Position numbers and translations under genes: made by a program. The notes below the pieces were generated by a model that saw only the letters and a program-made list of their open reading frames with translations, did no database searches and was not told the origin of the DNA. From positions 1 to 64,000 of IMG/VR virus record IMGVR_UViG_3300005056_000001: a stretch of DNA of 64,000 nucleotides; one strand, given 5' to 3'. Positions 18,201-26,889 of the stretch are shown here, one piece after another (position 1 is the first letter of the stretch; the number at the start of each line of letters is the position of its first letter). Source of the DNA: a virus.

Positions 18201-20543
18201 TACCTTGACAGAACAAAGAACCTTCATGATGTCCAAATACTTTGAACGTATATTTTTATATACCTCTTTTGGTTTTCCATACGAGGACAGTTTCTCTAGG
18301 TCGTCGCTGCTTGGGTGTTGTTCGCAACTGATTCCGAATTGTGAATTAATCAACCCCTTTAGCAGACTACCAACCTTCATTCGTTTGATGTGGTACTTAA
18401 AATCCTCGGCTTTCCATGCATCCCAATCATCATACTGTATCGGACGGATCAAAGAAATATCAACCTCGAACAAGTCAAACGCCACATCGTCAAAAAGTTT
18501 ATTGTCGTATGCCCCACGGTTTCTATTGACTCGTGCAATAACCTTCTTGTCCAATTTTCGCATCTCACGTATCTCTGACGAGTTTAGCTTTATATTGAAA
18601 CTGTCTGTGGTTTCGACCAAATATCTAAGGTCTGAAGAGCCCGACAGAATATATCTATAATTGTCAAAATTCTTGGACAACGGTTTTAGGTTTTCGCCCA
18701 AACGTTTTTTTACTACTGCAAGGTTGCTGATCTTAATGTTTGTGATATAACACATAGGGATTGCAGACAACACAAAATATTGTTTGTGGTGCATATTGAC
18801 AAACGTCTCGTCGCTGTGTATCAAGGCGATTCCTTGTTCTATTTTACGCATTGAACCATCAAGAATTGTGTCACCACCACCCTTTTTGACCAATCCACCA
18901 ATTGATCCGTCGTCAATTGTTAGCGTTTCGCCAAAAAAATCATGTAGTTCTACATCCTTCAATACTTCCATAACCAAAGTAAATGCATGCGCATAGCCTA
19001 ATTCCTGCAACAACAACGACGATTCGCTATCCTTTTCGGTGTACCTTGGCAAGACTCCGTTGCCTCCCTCCCTGTTCATTGGGGGCGGTTGTAAATACTT
19101 AAAAATGACATGAACCCCTGTTCCTGAAACAGATAGTTTTGACATAAGATAAGGCTCACAGTAGGTATTCGAAAGCCGCTCATGTAGGTATTTTAGTACA
19201 CGAGAGGCAAATTGTTGCTTAACCTTTAGACTTTGTCCCACTCTTTCAATGACGGGTACCAAGGATTGTGTAAATTTTAAATCTAGATCTAAAAATATTA
19301 GACCATTACACATCTCGGCACCAATTCCGAATTTTGTATTCGGTCTTACAGGGGAATGTGTCTGAAACAAGAATGCAATCTTGTCGGACTTAAGGAATTT
19401 TCCGTCAAGAACATAGGGCTCCACAAGATTAAATATCTCTTGTGTGACACCAAACACTTTCTTTGTGTGACTCGCATTCTTGATAGAAGTCGGAAGTGCC
19501 AAAGCAGAAAAACATTCGATTAATTCGCCTATTCTGTAACTGTTGTTGTAACTGCTGACTTTTGTTAGACACTCTTCCCATGTCTCTTTATATTTGGAAT
19601 TTCTAAAGAACGTTTCTATCTTTTTTGTTGATATACTAGAACTATTACAATACGTGAAATATTTCCCTAGCAACGGGAATGGGCTGCTAAACTTTTTTCT
19701 TGCATCCTTTGTGAATAACACGGCAACCTCTGAAAAGCGTGTACCAAAAAACTTTTCTATGGTGTGTGGAAGCTTTAGTTCTTCTTTTTTTCGTAGAAAT
19801 GCCTTTTGTGTGCTGTCGTGGCCCATCTTTGCATAGTCGTATTTGCTGTTGTAGCTTTTTGTCAGGAACACCAACTCGAGTAATGAAAGAAATTCGGTGG
19901 TACCCTCTTCTTGGTTGTTGTTCAGAGACCTGCTAGTCGAGCTTTTTGCATTTTTTGCGGTGGTGTTAATTAGGTTTTTAAGACCGAACCTAGGGTTTGT
20001 TATCTCAAGAAGTGTCTGTATTCCTATACCATTTTCCTCGCAAAAATCCCGACCCTCGTTCGTCATTAACTTTTTGTGGAGCGCACCAAACACCTCAAGC
20101 AATTCGTTTTCGGCCTTGATGTTGTTCTCAATACCATAATCATACTCAAGCCCTTGTTTGTTGTATGGCAATTTTGTCCATTCTTGAAATAGCGGTCTCT
20201 CGAATCCTATCTCGTCCATGAATTTGGCAGACAGCCTTTCGCCTAGATCTCCACGTTTTTTGGCTGTTTTATAAAAATCCCTGTCGATTGACGAGTAGCG
20301 GTAACACTTCAAGAATGCGATCGTGTAAAGAACGGCATCTGCCATATCCAATCTAGACAATCTTAGGGTGTATTTGTTCTGAGTAGGGTCGCTCAGTTCG
20401 GTTTTGCATATGCCGTCAACCTTGTAATTATAAAACGCCATTGTGGCACCGCTCAGAATAGTTTCCTCTAACAAAGACACATCAAGTTCATTGCTGTTTT
20501 TGTTAAAAAAAATTTTCTTTGCAAGCATCCAAAATGAATTCAT
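15291..20543 (-). CDS. Giant replication protein: AEP primase-polymerase domain fused to an SF2 (DEIH) helicase, 1750 aa
   Basis: AEP motif I is GLIFLDLDLKF (aa 415-425, around 19289). AEP motif II is SVSGTGVHVIF (aa 471-481). Walker A is NARAGAGKTT (aa 938-947, around 17723). The DExH box is AIDEIH (aa 1051-1056, around 17387). Confidence 0.85.
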   Translation of the reverse strand: MNSFWMLAKKIFFNKNSNELDVSLLEETILSGATMAFYNYKVDGICKTELSDPTQNKYTLRLSRLDMADAVLYTIAFLKCYRYSSIDRDFYKTAKKRGDLGERLSAKFMDEIGFERPLFQEWTKLPYNKQGLEYDYGIENNIKAENELLEVFGALHKKLMTNEGRDFCEENGIGIQTLLEITNPRFGLKNLINTTAKNAKSSTSRSLNNNQEEGTTEFLSLLELVFLTKSYNSKYDYAKMGHDSTQKAFLRKKEELKLPHTIEKFFGTRFSEVAVLFTKDARKKFSSPFPLLGKYFTYCNSSSISTKKIETFFRNSKYKETWEECLTKVSSYNNSYRIGELIECFSALALPTSIKNASHTKKVFGVTQEIFNLVEPYVLDGKFLKSDKIAFLFQTHSPVRPNTKFGIGAEMCNGLIFLDLDLKFTQSLVPVIERVGQSLKVKQQFASRVLKYLHERLSNTYCEPYLMSKLSVSGTGVHVIFKYLQPPPMNREGGNGVLPRYTEKDSESSLLLQELGYAHAFTLVMEVLKDVELHDFFGETLTIDDGSIGGLVKKGGGDTILDGSMRKIEQGIALIHSDETFVNMHHKQYFVLSAIPMCYITNIKISNLAVVKKRLGENLKPLSKNFDNYRYILSGSSDLRYLVETTDSFNIKLNSSEIREMRKLDKKVIARVNRNRGAYDNKLFDDVAFDLFEVDISLIRPIQYDDWDAWKAEDFKYHIKRMKVGSLLKGLINSQFGISCEQHPSSDDLEKLSSYGKPKEVYKNIRSKYLDIMKVLCSVKVKKSHHDSHEWEEHLFDDGECPWRNTYLTKSSIHRKVGIEMFKSSGLYIRRMEQTLTKEGLPNFKQQYYKQMESTDPKVGKVAKLVASVLSLQNDKVVTDSDFKFLNYKNACQLLIDKNPMNMDIEIVPEDIGGGFYMSDYAPLLEKFLDTRCFNYINARAGAGKTTYFTELATKHSKRVLLVMPYTAPMDSKFGMEAQNREIDIIMNNKNLHPSEKEDWVAAIQAFKPFSGSKNNKEMMEAFKVGTSSVVTFDKFSRMDVELLLNYDYVAIDEIHILATETIRSADADSVCTMALKRIREVLQYKEENPYERVPFIIGMTGTHIYEVNLFRMCEKDVKHGGKKIEVRNIKLEIPHQSQKNMNIILTNSSKDCKTLLCKKIATAMIENRTVICPTDEGSFRAEEIVMGINAHLEHMDSDPLTKDDWHYYKRATKDSVTSKAINGQSVIPNDIKVLFCSVYLSVGVDIKNLSEDKDIEVISTFAKYSAQTLEQFGNRLRKQNINTSLIRSVYNETEKNKKKYYELKRDYNNNLDYRFLKGIHKVIDGEMRARISDDKCVAYFNHYISLNDEKITEQQKIAIWADLSKRFTYTYEDYMGEIKVVQDNLMVLRYIAEQQYNRLGTNIRYIANMFKKHYNYNSVNTTYIDIDEPHIVGAIEQSRSENSEERKKFSVDVAKEIHEFLKTTKPKDIESFISSCKTEMVPSNNNKITINQGDGATLLIEYPEKHHKRLKNITSKLLPIAKQYAYNPKNFSILVDMCMNEKSDGLVIAELERFSNLIDFRNYDILDNYIMVVQQLERLALAKRGKRMSSHIETLESAENKIRKKMIKDITLHLSNNTKPNTQSTIGIAEDTKKKMFEAYESLTKINYVISEDTYAKLKMSVYKLATMVLMNNDVKGISTISDYNRSRLENRVEENLKTFFIIKTNPHTKERDVRLRILPSDYRHIMDNIVKTYGNDNMKFYEFEKYLI

Positions 20544-20605
20544 ATAGCGGTTTTTGGTTATGGGATTAATAGTAGTACTGTGATGTGTATCTTTAATTCA
20601 TTATG

Positions 20606-20613
20606 CAAAGGTA
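20606..20613 (-). promoter_or_regulatory. Candidate TAnnTTTG box for the 1750-aa gene
   Basis: caaaggta is TACCTTTG on the minus strand, 63 nt upstream of the ATG at 20543. Confidence 0.35.
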
Positions 20614-21051
20614 ATTTTATAACGCACAAATCCAAAATAATTCTTTAAATACTTAAATTAAAAATAATCATATATAATAAAATCAATAACCAAATGTGTC
20701 ATTTTAAAACATTTTGGTTCATAAGTGAAACAATTTGTTTTCGTATTGTTTTAATTAGTATACTTACTGTTATTAGGGATTTTGCCCAAAAAGCCTAGTA
20801 ACAGCTATGGTACTCTAGCCCTTTAGATGTCGTGGTTACAGCACGGCAAATGTTAACATATATAAATAAAACACAACAACGTTTAAAGCGTGCCAAGGTA
20901 GATAGAAACAAATTGTTTTATCAAAAAACGCCATATTATAAATATACATATGTGTTATAGGTCTTTTTTTTCATTTCGTATTTTTGACCACCAAGCAAAA
21001 GAGCCTGCAACGCCTTTATATATCGCACTTATACAAAAATACATAATATGT

Positions 21052-21059
21052 TATTTTTG
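21052..21059 (+). promoter_or_regulatory. Candidate TAnnTTTG box for the tape-measure-like gene
   Basis: TATTTTTG on the plus strand, 67 nt upstream of the ATG at 21126. A second TATTTTTG lies at 20979-20986. Confidence 0.3.
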
Positions 21060-21125
21060 GTGTCTCCCTATAAAACCTAAAAAGAATAATAAATCATAAA
21101 TAGGTACATACAATAAAATCAAAAA

Positions 21126-24014
21126 ATGCCACTAGAAAATGTAAATCTTAGTAGTATATCAGACAATGTACTAATGTATGTCACACAGTCGCAGGAGTCA
21201 AAAACCTCGATGTCTTCCATACTGACCTCTACAAATGTACCGATTATTTCAAGCATTAACAAGGCTTCTGCATCTGCCATGTCAGAGATTAAAAAGCAAA
21301 CAACGACAATGATTGAGATGCGGACTAGTATGTCTATCATGGCAGAAATGATGTCTGTTCAAAATGATTTACTGTTCGACTATATGGAGTCACCCACCAA
21401 TGGAGCGACCGCCGAAATTAAAGTCGTTGTCGAACACCCTCCCAACCCCGCAGCAGCAGAACTGAAAATAATCATAGGAGCAGGGCCAAACGCAGACAAC
21501 CTAGTCGAGGAGCTTAGTGTGTTAACACAAAACGAGGGGGGCTTTCTTCGTGTTGTTCAACATTTTTCCACGCTTGGTGACACACTTCAGAATAAGTTTT
21601 CGAACCTTAGCGGATCCATGGCACAATTACAGGCAATGACCGAACAGGCAAATGAATTGAACCAAGCCTCAGAAGGAGGAAGCAGCAGCAAGGGCATGTT
21701 AATTGCGGCAGGTGCAATGGCAGTACTAGGATTGGCGGTAATGGCACTAGGACAGGCTTTGAACCCCATGACAGTTGTTGGAATAATAGGAGCAATGGCG
21801 TTGCTAAATGTGGCATCCCGTGGATTCACAGAAGAAGCAGGCAAGGGTATGTTATTTGCATCTGCCGCAATGGTCGTATTCGCCTTGGCCACAAAGGCTT
21901 TTGAGTTCATTAATTATAGTGCCCTATTCAAGGGTGTATTGGCAATGGGTGCGTTTGCCCTTGCGATAGGAGGATTGGCCATGGTGACCAAGGGTACCGA
22001 TATGGTCGCAATGAGCAAAGGATTGATATTGGCATCTGTAGCCATCGGAATACTTGCACTGAGCACCATGCTTTTTGAGACTGTCACACCAACATCCATA
22101 ATCAAGATGGGACTTTCGTTGTTTGCGGTTACTATTGCACTAGCAACACTTGGCAAGGTAAAGGGTATCACAAAAGGCGCAGCAGGATTGTTAATTGCCA
22201 CGGGTGCCGTTGCGTTATTGTCGTTCTCGATATCCATGTATGACGACGTTGAGTTCACTTCGATACTCAAGGTCGGTGCAGCATTGGGTGTTGTATCAAT
22301 CGCATTTTACTTTATGGGACAGGTGGCAGGAGGGATAATCAAGGGAGCATTGACAGGGGTTGTAATGGCGGGCAGTCTAATAATTCTAGGATATGCATTA
22401 AAACAAATATCAAGCGACGATATTGACCCCATGAAAATTCTTAAATTTGGGGCAATAACAGGGGCATTGGCGGCAGGATATACAATAATAAGCCTTGCAA
22501 CACCCGCAATATTAGCTGCTGCCGTTGGTATTACTGCGATCGGTGGTTCAATGTTGGTATTGACACTTGCACTAAATCAGGCGGCAGATGTTAAATTAGA
22601 CGAGGAATCAGGATCAAGATTTGTCGAGGCAGTAAGACAGGCAGGCAAGGCAATGAACGTCCTTGCATGGGACATCGGAATTGTGACAGCAGGAAAGGCC
22701 GCATTGGTTGCGGTTCCTATGGCGGCGGCAATAGTCCCATTGGCCCTTAGTTTCAAACTATTGTCCAACACCAAAATGCCTAGTCAAAAAACTGTTGATA
22801 GCTTTGGTAATGCAGTCAGGGGTATTGCCGACACAATTAGCGGTATCGGAATTGTACAGCTTGGAAAAATAGGCATTGCAACACCCATGCTTATTGGTAT
22901 GGGACTGTCAACAATAACGATGGCCAAGTCTATTAGCTCCTTTTCAAGAATATCCGAGAACCCCGAGGTTATTCAGATGGCCGTTATGGGCGTAGACCAA
23001 TTCATTACAGGATTTGCCTCGACCATGGAAAACAACCAAGGCAATTTCGAGAACATGAGAGGCGGTATCAGGAGCTTGGTAGGTATCAGTGGCTTAATGT
23101 CGGGCGTTGCAACGGGTGTTCAAAAAATGGCCAATCTCGAGTTTACCGAGTCTGAAGTCGTTAATGGGAAGTTAGTGGTCAAGAGTACCCGTAAAATGAC
23201 CACCGATGATTTCAAGAATATGGGAACATCACTTGGAATGGTTATTAATGCACTAACCGAACCACTTGCCAAGGTGGGCGCAAAAGGGAGTGGTGCCACA
23301 TTTTCACTTTTTGGGTATGATGTATTTGCCGTCAATTCAAACGAGGTACAACAGGGTATACAGGCACTTTCAGGAATAGGAAACGTTTTTAATCCTATTG
23401 TGAATGTAATAAAAACATTTTCTGAACACGGTATAGACGCCACGAAAGTCGAAGCGTTTGGTACACTTCTTGGACAATTACTAGGCAGTATCACAAATAC
23501 AATACATTCGTTTGTTCTTGGCGAGGACTCTGATGCCAAATTAGACACGCTTGAACGTTATAGCGGAATCACACAACAATTTTTTGGATTCTTTGGGGCA
23601 ACAGACCTAAGCCCTGCGGTAACAGCCGTCGGACAGTTGGGCGAGAATCTTCTAATGGTCAAGGATGCGCTTAATGAGATTGACATTGACAAGATGAAGC
23701 TCCTTAACGATATCGTTTGGAACACAACACATTTTGAGGAGGCCAATATTGAAATGATGATGAAGCTAATACAAGAGTTGAAAAACTTAATGGGTGTGGT
23801 TGCAAAAAGCGGCGGAGGAGACACGGTAACCGACTCTAGTAGTGTGGGTGACACAACAACAAATGTGTTGACAGAAGAAGACACAGGCACAGAGACCGAT
23901 GTGGTCAAGACAGACAAGAAGTCTGCCTCAATGGATACAAGCAAAATTGAAAGTCTGTTGGGTGATTTGATTGATGTGTTCGACCGTACAGTCAGGGTAA
24001 AGGTAATAGAGTAA
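21126..24014 (+). CDS. Tape-measure-like / multi-TM virion protein (962 aa)
   Basis: The ends are predicted to be helical and polar. The central ~550 aa hold about a dozen Gly/Ala-rich hydrophobic segments (e.g. MLIAAGAMAVLGLAVMALGQAL), as in many tape measure proteins. Confidence 0.55.
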   Translation: MPLENVNLSSISDNVLMYVTQSQESKTSMSSILTSTNVPIISSINKASASAMSEIKKQTTTMIEMRTSMSIMAEMMSVQNDLLFDYMESPTNGATAEIKVVVEHPPNPAAAELKIIIGAGPNADNLVEELSVLTQNEGGFLRVVQHFSTLGDTLQNKFSNLSGSMAQLQAMTEQANELNQASEGGSSSKGMLIAAGAMAVLGLAVMALGQALNPMTVVGIIGAMALLNVASRGFTEEAGKGMLFASAAMVVFALATKAFEFINYSALFKGVLAMGAFALAIGGLAMVTKGTDMVAMSKGLILASVAIGILALSTMLFETVTPTSIIKMGLSLFAVTIALATLGKVKGITKGAAGLLIATGAVALLSFSISMYDDVEFTSILKVGAALGVVSIAFYFMGQVAGGIIKGALTGVVMAGSLIILGYALKQISSDDIDPMKILKFGAITGALAAGYTIISLATPAILAAAVGITAIGGSMLVLTLALNQAADVKLDEESGSRFVEAVRQAGKAMNVLAWDIGIVTAGKAALVAVPMAAAIVPLALSFKLLSNTKMPSQKTVDSFGNAVRGIADTISGIGIVQLGKIGIATPMLIGMGLSTITMAKSISSFSRISENPEVIQMAVMGVDQFITGFASTMENNQGNFENMRGGIRSLVGISGLMSGVATGVQKMANLEFTESEVVNGKLVVKSTRKMTTDDFKNMGTSLGMVINALTEPLAKVGAKGSGATFSLFGYDVFAVNSNEVQQGIQALSGIGNVFNPIVNVIKTFSEHGIDATKVEAFGTLLGQLLGSITNTIHSFVLGEDSDAKLDTLERYSGITQQFFGFFGATDLSPAVTAVGQLGENLLMVKDALNEIDIDKMKLLNDIVWNTTHFEEANIEMMMKLIQELKNLMGVVAKSGGGDTVTDSSSVGDTTTNVLTEEDTGTETDVVKTDKKSASMDTSKIESLLGDLIDVFDRTVRVKVIE

Positions 24015-24020
24015 AAGCAA

Positions 24021-24059
24021 AGAATAAAAAAGGCTCCATATTGGAGCCTTTTTTATTCT
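24021..24059. terminator. Bidirectional intrinsic terminator
   Basis: 18-bp stem agaataaaaaaggctcca / tggagccttttttattct with loop tat. It shares the AAGGCTCCA...TGGAGCCTT core with 2238-2273. Confidence 0.7.
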
Positions 24060-24403
24060 TTGAAATATTCCTTTTCGTTAAAGTCTTTTTCGTTATCCGA
24101 ATCATAAACACATCTAAACTTAAGAACCCGACCACGATATTTTTGTTCCATCACCAATGTTATTTCATTGGTTGTTTGGGAATTGAAGTCGCTCAGATTT
24201 ACCATATTCTTTGACTTCAGATATCTGCCATAACAATACTCACTGTCTCCGACATGTAAAAATATTTCGGGATTCTTTTCGTACACCAACTCTTCCCACA
24301 TTTCAAAGGAAATGTCAGGGTGATCTCGTTCGTAGCCATCATCAAGCAATATACGAATACGCTCGGAGTCCGAATTTATATGATCGCTTGATTTAGTTTT
24401 CAT
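24053..24403 (-). CDS. Hypothetical protein (track start 24424; the ATG at 24403 avoids overlap)
   Basis: ORF track. Confidence 0.5.
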   Translation of the reverse strand: MKTKSSDHINSDSERIRILLDDGYERDHPDISFEMWEELVYEKNPEIFLHVGDSEYCYGRYLKSKNMVNLSDFNSQTTNEITLVMEQKYRGRVLKFRCVYDSDNEKDFNEKEYFKE

Positions 24404-24806
24404 TGGGGTTTTTGTTTTCATCATTACCCTCTGTTTCTGTTTGAGGATTTTCTATAACAATATCCACAGTTTCCTTTGGAGCATTGTCCGTTTCTGTGTC
24501 CGCCAAATTCTCGTGTGTCTTGGCTATTCCTGTGTGTACATCCACGGCACAACTGTCTGTTAAATTATCATCGACCGCCACATTATCCTGCTCGTCAAGT
24601 TTGTCAATCTTATTTTTATCCTCCAACTTGGCTTGTTCATAGGAACCTATCAGTGTTCGTAGGTGTGTTCTTAATGCCTCTACGCCTCGATGTCTTGCCG
24701 CCATATGTTTCATTTTCATTATGGAACCCTTTGCCAATTCCAATTCTGTGTCATCGGCAAGAACCGTAATGTTCAAGATATTTGAAGTTCTGAATTTTAT
24801 GCTCAT
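24393..24806 (-). CDS. Hypothetical protein with acidic C-terminal half
   Basis: ORF track. The C-terminus is rich in D/E/N/T. Confidence 0.55.
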   Translation of the reverse strand: MSIKFRTSNILNITVLADDTELELAKGSIMKMKHMAARHRGVEALRTHLRTLIGSYEQAKLEDKNKIDKLDEQDNVAVDDNLTDSCAVDVHTGIAKTHENLADTETDNAPKETVDIVIENPQTETEGNDENKNPNEN

Positions 24807-24810
24807 TATT

Positions 24811-25344
24811 TTATGTATTTACTATGTGATATGGTGGCATAACGCCCCCACTAAGGTATGATGCAGCATCCAATGCCATTTTTATTTTTTCCTTTGGTTT
24901 TATATTATCCTTCAGTGCAAATAGTGCCCCCTTGGCATAGTACACCCCACACCCACAACAATTATATGAGTCGGTAGATTCTCCGACCTGAAAGTCCCAA
25001 CCAATCTCAAAAAGTCTGTCCTTATACCCGACTAAAAAAGTCCCACCTTCATCTGCCCCGTTGTTGGTGGTCAGAAATCCTCCTTCACTAAAACATTTTC
25101 GCAATTCGGTTGCAAAAAGTGTGCACATATACTCAAACACCTCCATATCTTTTACAGGAGGAGGCTTAAAAGAGAATTGTAGAAGTTGTATCATTCGAAA
25201 TGATGTGGTACAGCCAAAAATGAATTTGCCGACCTTAAATACCTTTTTGTCTTTTCGTATAGTAACATCAAGACCCGACACACCCGCCGAGTCTCCGCCT
25301 ATATAAACTTTTTTATTGTGAATAACCCCGACAATACATGTCAT
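24811..25344 (-). CDS. HslV/proteasome-beta-like Ntn hydrolase
   Basis: MTCIVGVIHNKKVYIGGDSAG has Thr2 in the nucleophile position. GCGVYYAKGALFAL corresponds to the GSGGxYAxxAAxAL block of HslV. The length is 177 aa. Confidence 0.65.
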   Translation of the reverse strand: MTCIVGVIHNKKVYIGGDSAGVSGLDVTIRKDKKVFKVGKFIFGCTTSFRMIQLLQFSFKPPPVKDMEVFEYMCTLFATELRKCFSEGGFLTTNNGADEGGTFLVGYKDRLFEIGWDFQVGESTDSYNCCGCGVYYAKGALFALKDNIKPKEKIKMALDAASYLSGGVMPPYHIVNT

Positions 25345-25425
25345 AACATTTTGATTTTTACATTGAACATAATAGAATTTATGATATTTTTAGGGTTTTG
25401 TACGAACATACCCCTTGTTATTAAA

Positions 25426-25456
25426 AATAGTCATGTGATCAGATCACATGACTATT
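25426..25456 (-). terminator. 31-bp perfect palindrome / terminator
   Basis: aatagtcatgtgatc a gatcacatgactatt, followed by TTTT in the minus sense. It contains two GATC sites. Confidence 0.55.
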
Positions 25457-25494
25457 AACGTTAATAACTTTTAAATGTCACAAAGACTTGCCTG

Positions 25495-25941
25495 TTATCC
25501 TCCACAAAGCCCACATTCACATTTATTGCTGCAATATGTGTACTTTCCGTCAAGTATATTATTAATCTCAATACTCAGTAACAATAAAACACGTTCTGTG
25601 AGCCTGTTTTCAGATTCCCGTGTTATTTCACTTGCCTGCCACCGTCCTTTTCTGTACAGTTCTATATCGACGCTAAACCGTGTTTTTTCCAAAAATGAGT
25701 CGGGACGCTTATCTAGTACCACACGACTTTCGCCTTCAATGACATCCCAAATAAAATATTTATATTCAATGAGATCATCGAGTCTCCCATAAGACGCATT
25801 AGGAATTTTAGTTAGATTGCATATGAAAATCCTAAGCGACAACACAGAAACCATATTCTCAATGATTTCTCCGTTGTCTTTCTTGTTTTTAAGCCGAATC
25901 AAGTCGGGTATTATGTCGATCACAACACAACCTTTTCGCAA
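25495..25941 (-). CDS. Hypothetical protein (non-ATG start: TTG at 25941 or GTG at 25923)
   Basis: ORF track. The GTG at 25923 would form a GTGA overlap with the upstream stop. Confidence 0.5.
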   Translation of the reverse strand: MRKGCVVIDIIPDLIRLKNKKDNGEIIENMVSVLSLRIFICNLTKIPNASYGRLDDLIEYKYFIWDVIEGESRVVLDKRPDSFLEKTRFSVDIELYRKGRWQASEITRESENRLTERVLLLLSIEINNILDGKYTYCSNKCECGLCGG

Positions 25942-26108
25942 TCATTAACCGAGATTCCGTGTTTTTTATACACACCCTCACAAACGATAAACATTCGTTC
26001 ACGTGCCTTGGGGTGTACCAAAAACATTTCTCCTATCTTGCCATAATACCAATGATCTTTGTTTGTGTCTATTGTTATACGGACTCTTTTCCATTCGTGT
26101 GCTTTCAT
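25920..26108 (-). CDS. Hypothetical small protein (ATG at 26108)
   Basis: ORF track with internal ATG (MKAHEWKRVRITIDT...). Confidence 0.45.
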   Translation of the reverse strand: MKAHEWKRVRITIDTNKDHWYYGKIGEMFLVHPKARERMFIVCEGVYKKHGISVNDCEKVVL

Positions 26109-26208
26109 AATTGTTTTTAGTTTATGTAATATTACAAAAAATAAACCAAAAAAAAGAATATTGACCAACATTTGTACATATCACAACGTTAATCAATAAA
26201 AGAGAACT

Positions 26209-26889
26209 ATGAAAAACAACAAACTGAATTTATTATTTGGGGCAATATACACTATACTGTTGTGTGTTGTATTTACGGTAATATACAAAACAAAGGTCGG
26301 CAACCTCCTTGCTTCACAGTCAGAAGCACACATGCTCCAATTGACCATGGTTCGTGACTCCTTGTATGCCGAGAAACTGCACCGCATAAACACAGAAATA
26401 CTTGTGGCAGATTTAAATGCCGCAATTTCTATATTACCCGACACGGCATCACACAACCAAATGAAACGTCAAATCGACACATTTAAAAGTGTGGTTCAGT
26501 CACAATACGATGACAATCTTGCCCTAGTAAGAAAAATTAGAAGACTATCCAACACCAACAAACAATTGTTAAACACAAAAATCGTAAAAGATGATCCAAA
26601 AGATATTATACAAAAGTTCTTGGATGGACACAGCTCGATTGTTCAGCCACCAAAAAACACAGCATACACGAGTCCTCAGATTCATGTTCACATTCATAAT
26701 TACACTAACGGTACTAAGCAGCACAAGGGCAACATCAACACACACAACACCGAGCCAAGCTACACAAGCGAGCCAAGCTACACAAGCGAACCGAATCGAC
26801 ACGCTAGGCCCGACGGACAGCTTGGTGTACACAATCCCGATCAAGGACAGCCTAACACTAACAAGAGCCCAAGCAAAGGTAATCTATGA
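26209..26889 (+). CDS. Membrane-anchored coiled-coil protein (N-terminal TM)
   Basis: N-terminal TM segment LNLLFGAIYTILLCVVFTVIY. The C-terminal ~60 aa are low-complexity and overlap the next ORF out of frame. Confidence 0.5.
   Translation: MKNNKLNLLFGAIYTILLCVVFTVIYKTKVGNLLASQSEAHMLQLTMVRDSLYAEKLHRINTEILVADLNAAISILPDTASHNQMKRQIDTFKSVVQSQYDDNLALVRKIRRLSNTNKQLLNTKIVKDDPKDIIQKFLDGHSSIVQPPKNTAYTSPQIHVHIHNYTNGTKQHKGNINTHNTEPSYTSEPSYTSEPNRHARPDGQLGVHNPDQGQPNTNKSPSKGNL

Noticed and set aside
16020-20139. Eleven short plus- or minus-strand ORFs inside 15291-20543
   Set aside because: All are nested in, or antisense to, the 1750-aa gene, whose motifs (AEP, Walker A, DEIH) confirm the long frame.
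21587-23944. Minus-strand ORFs antisense to the tape-measure-like gene
   Set aside because: These Ala/Pro/Ser-rich products are typical antisense artefacts of a Gly/Ala-rich gene. The 962-aa plus-strand frame is continuous.
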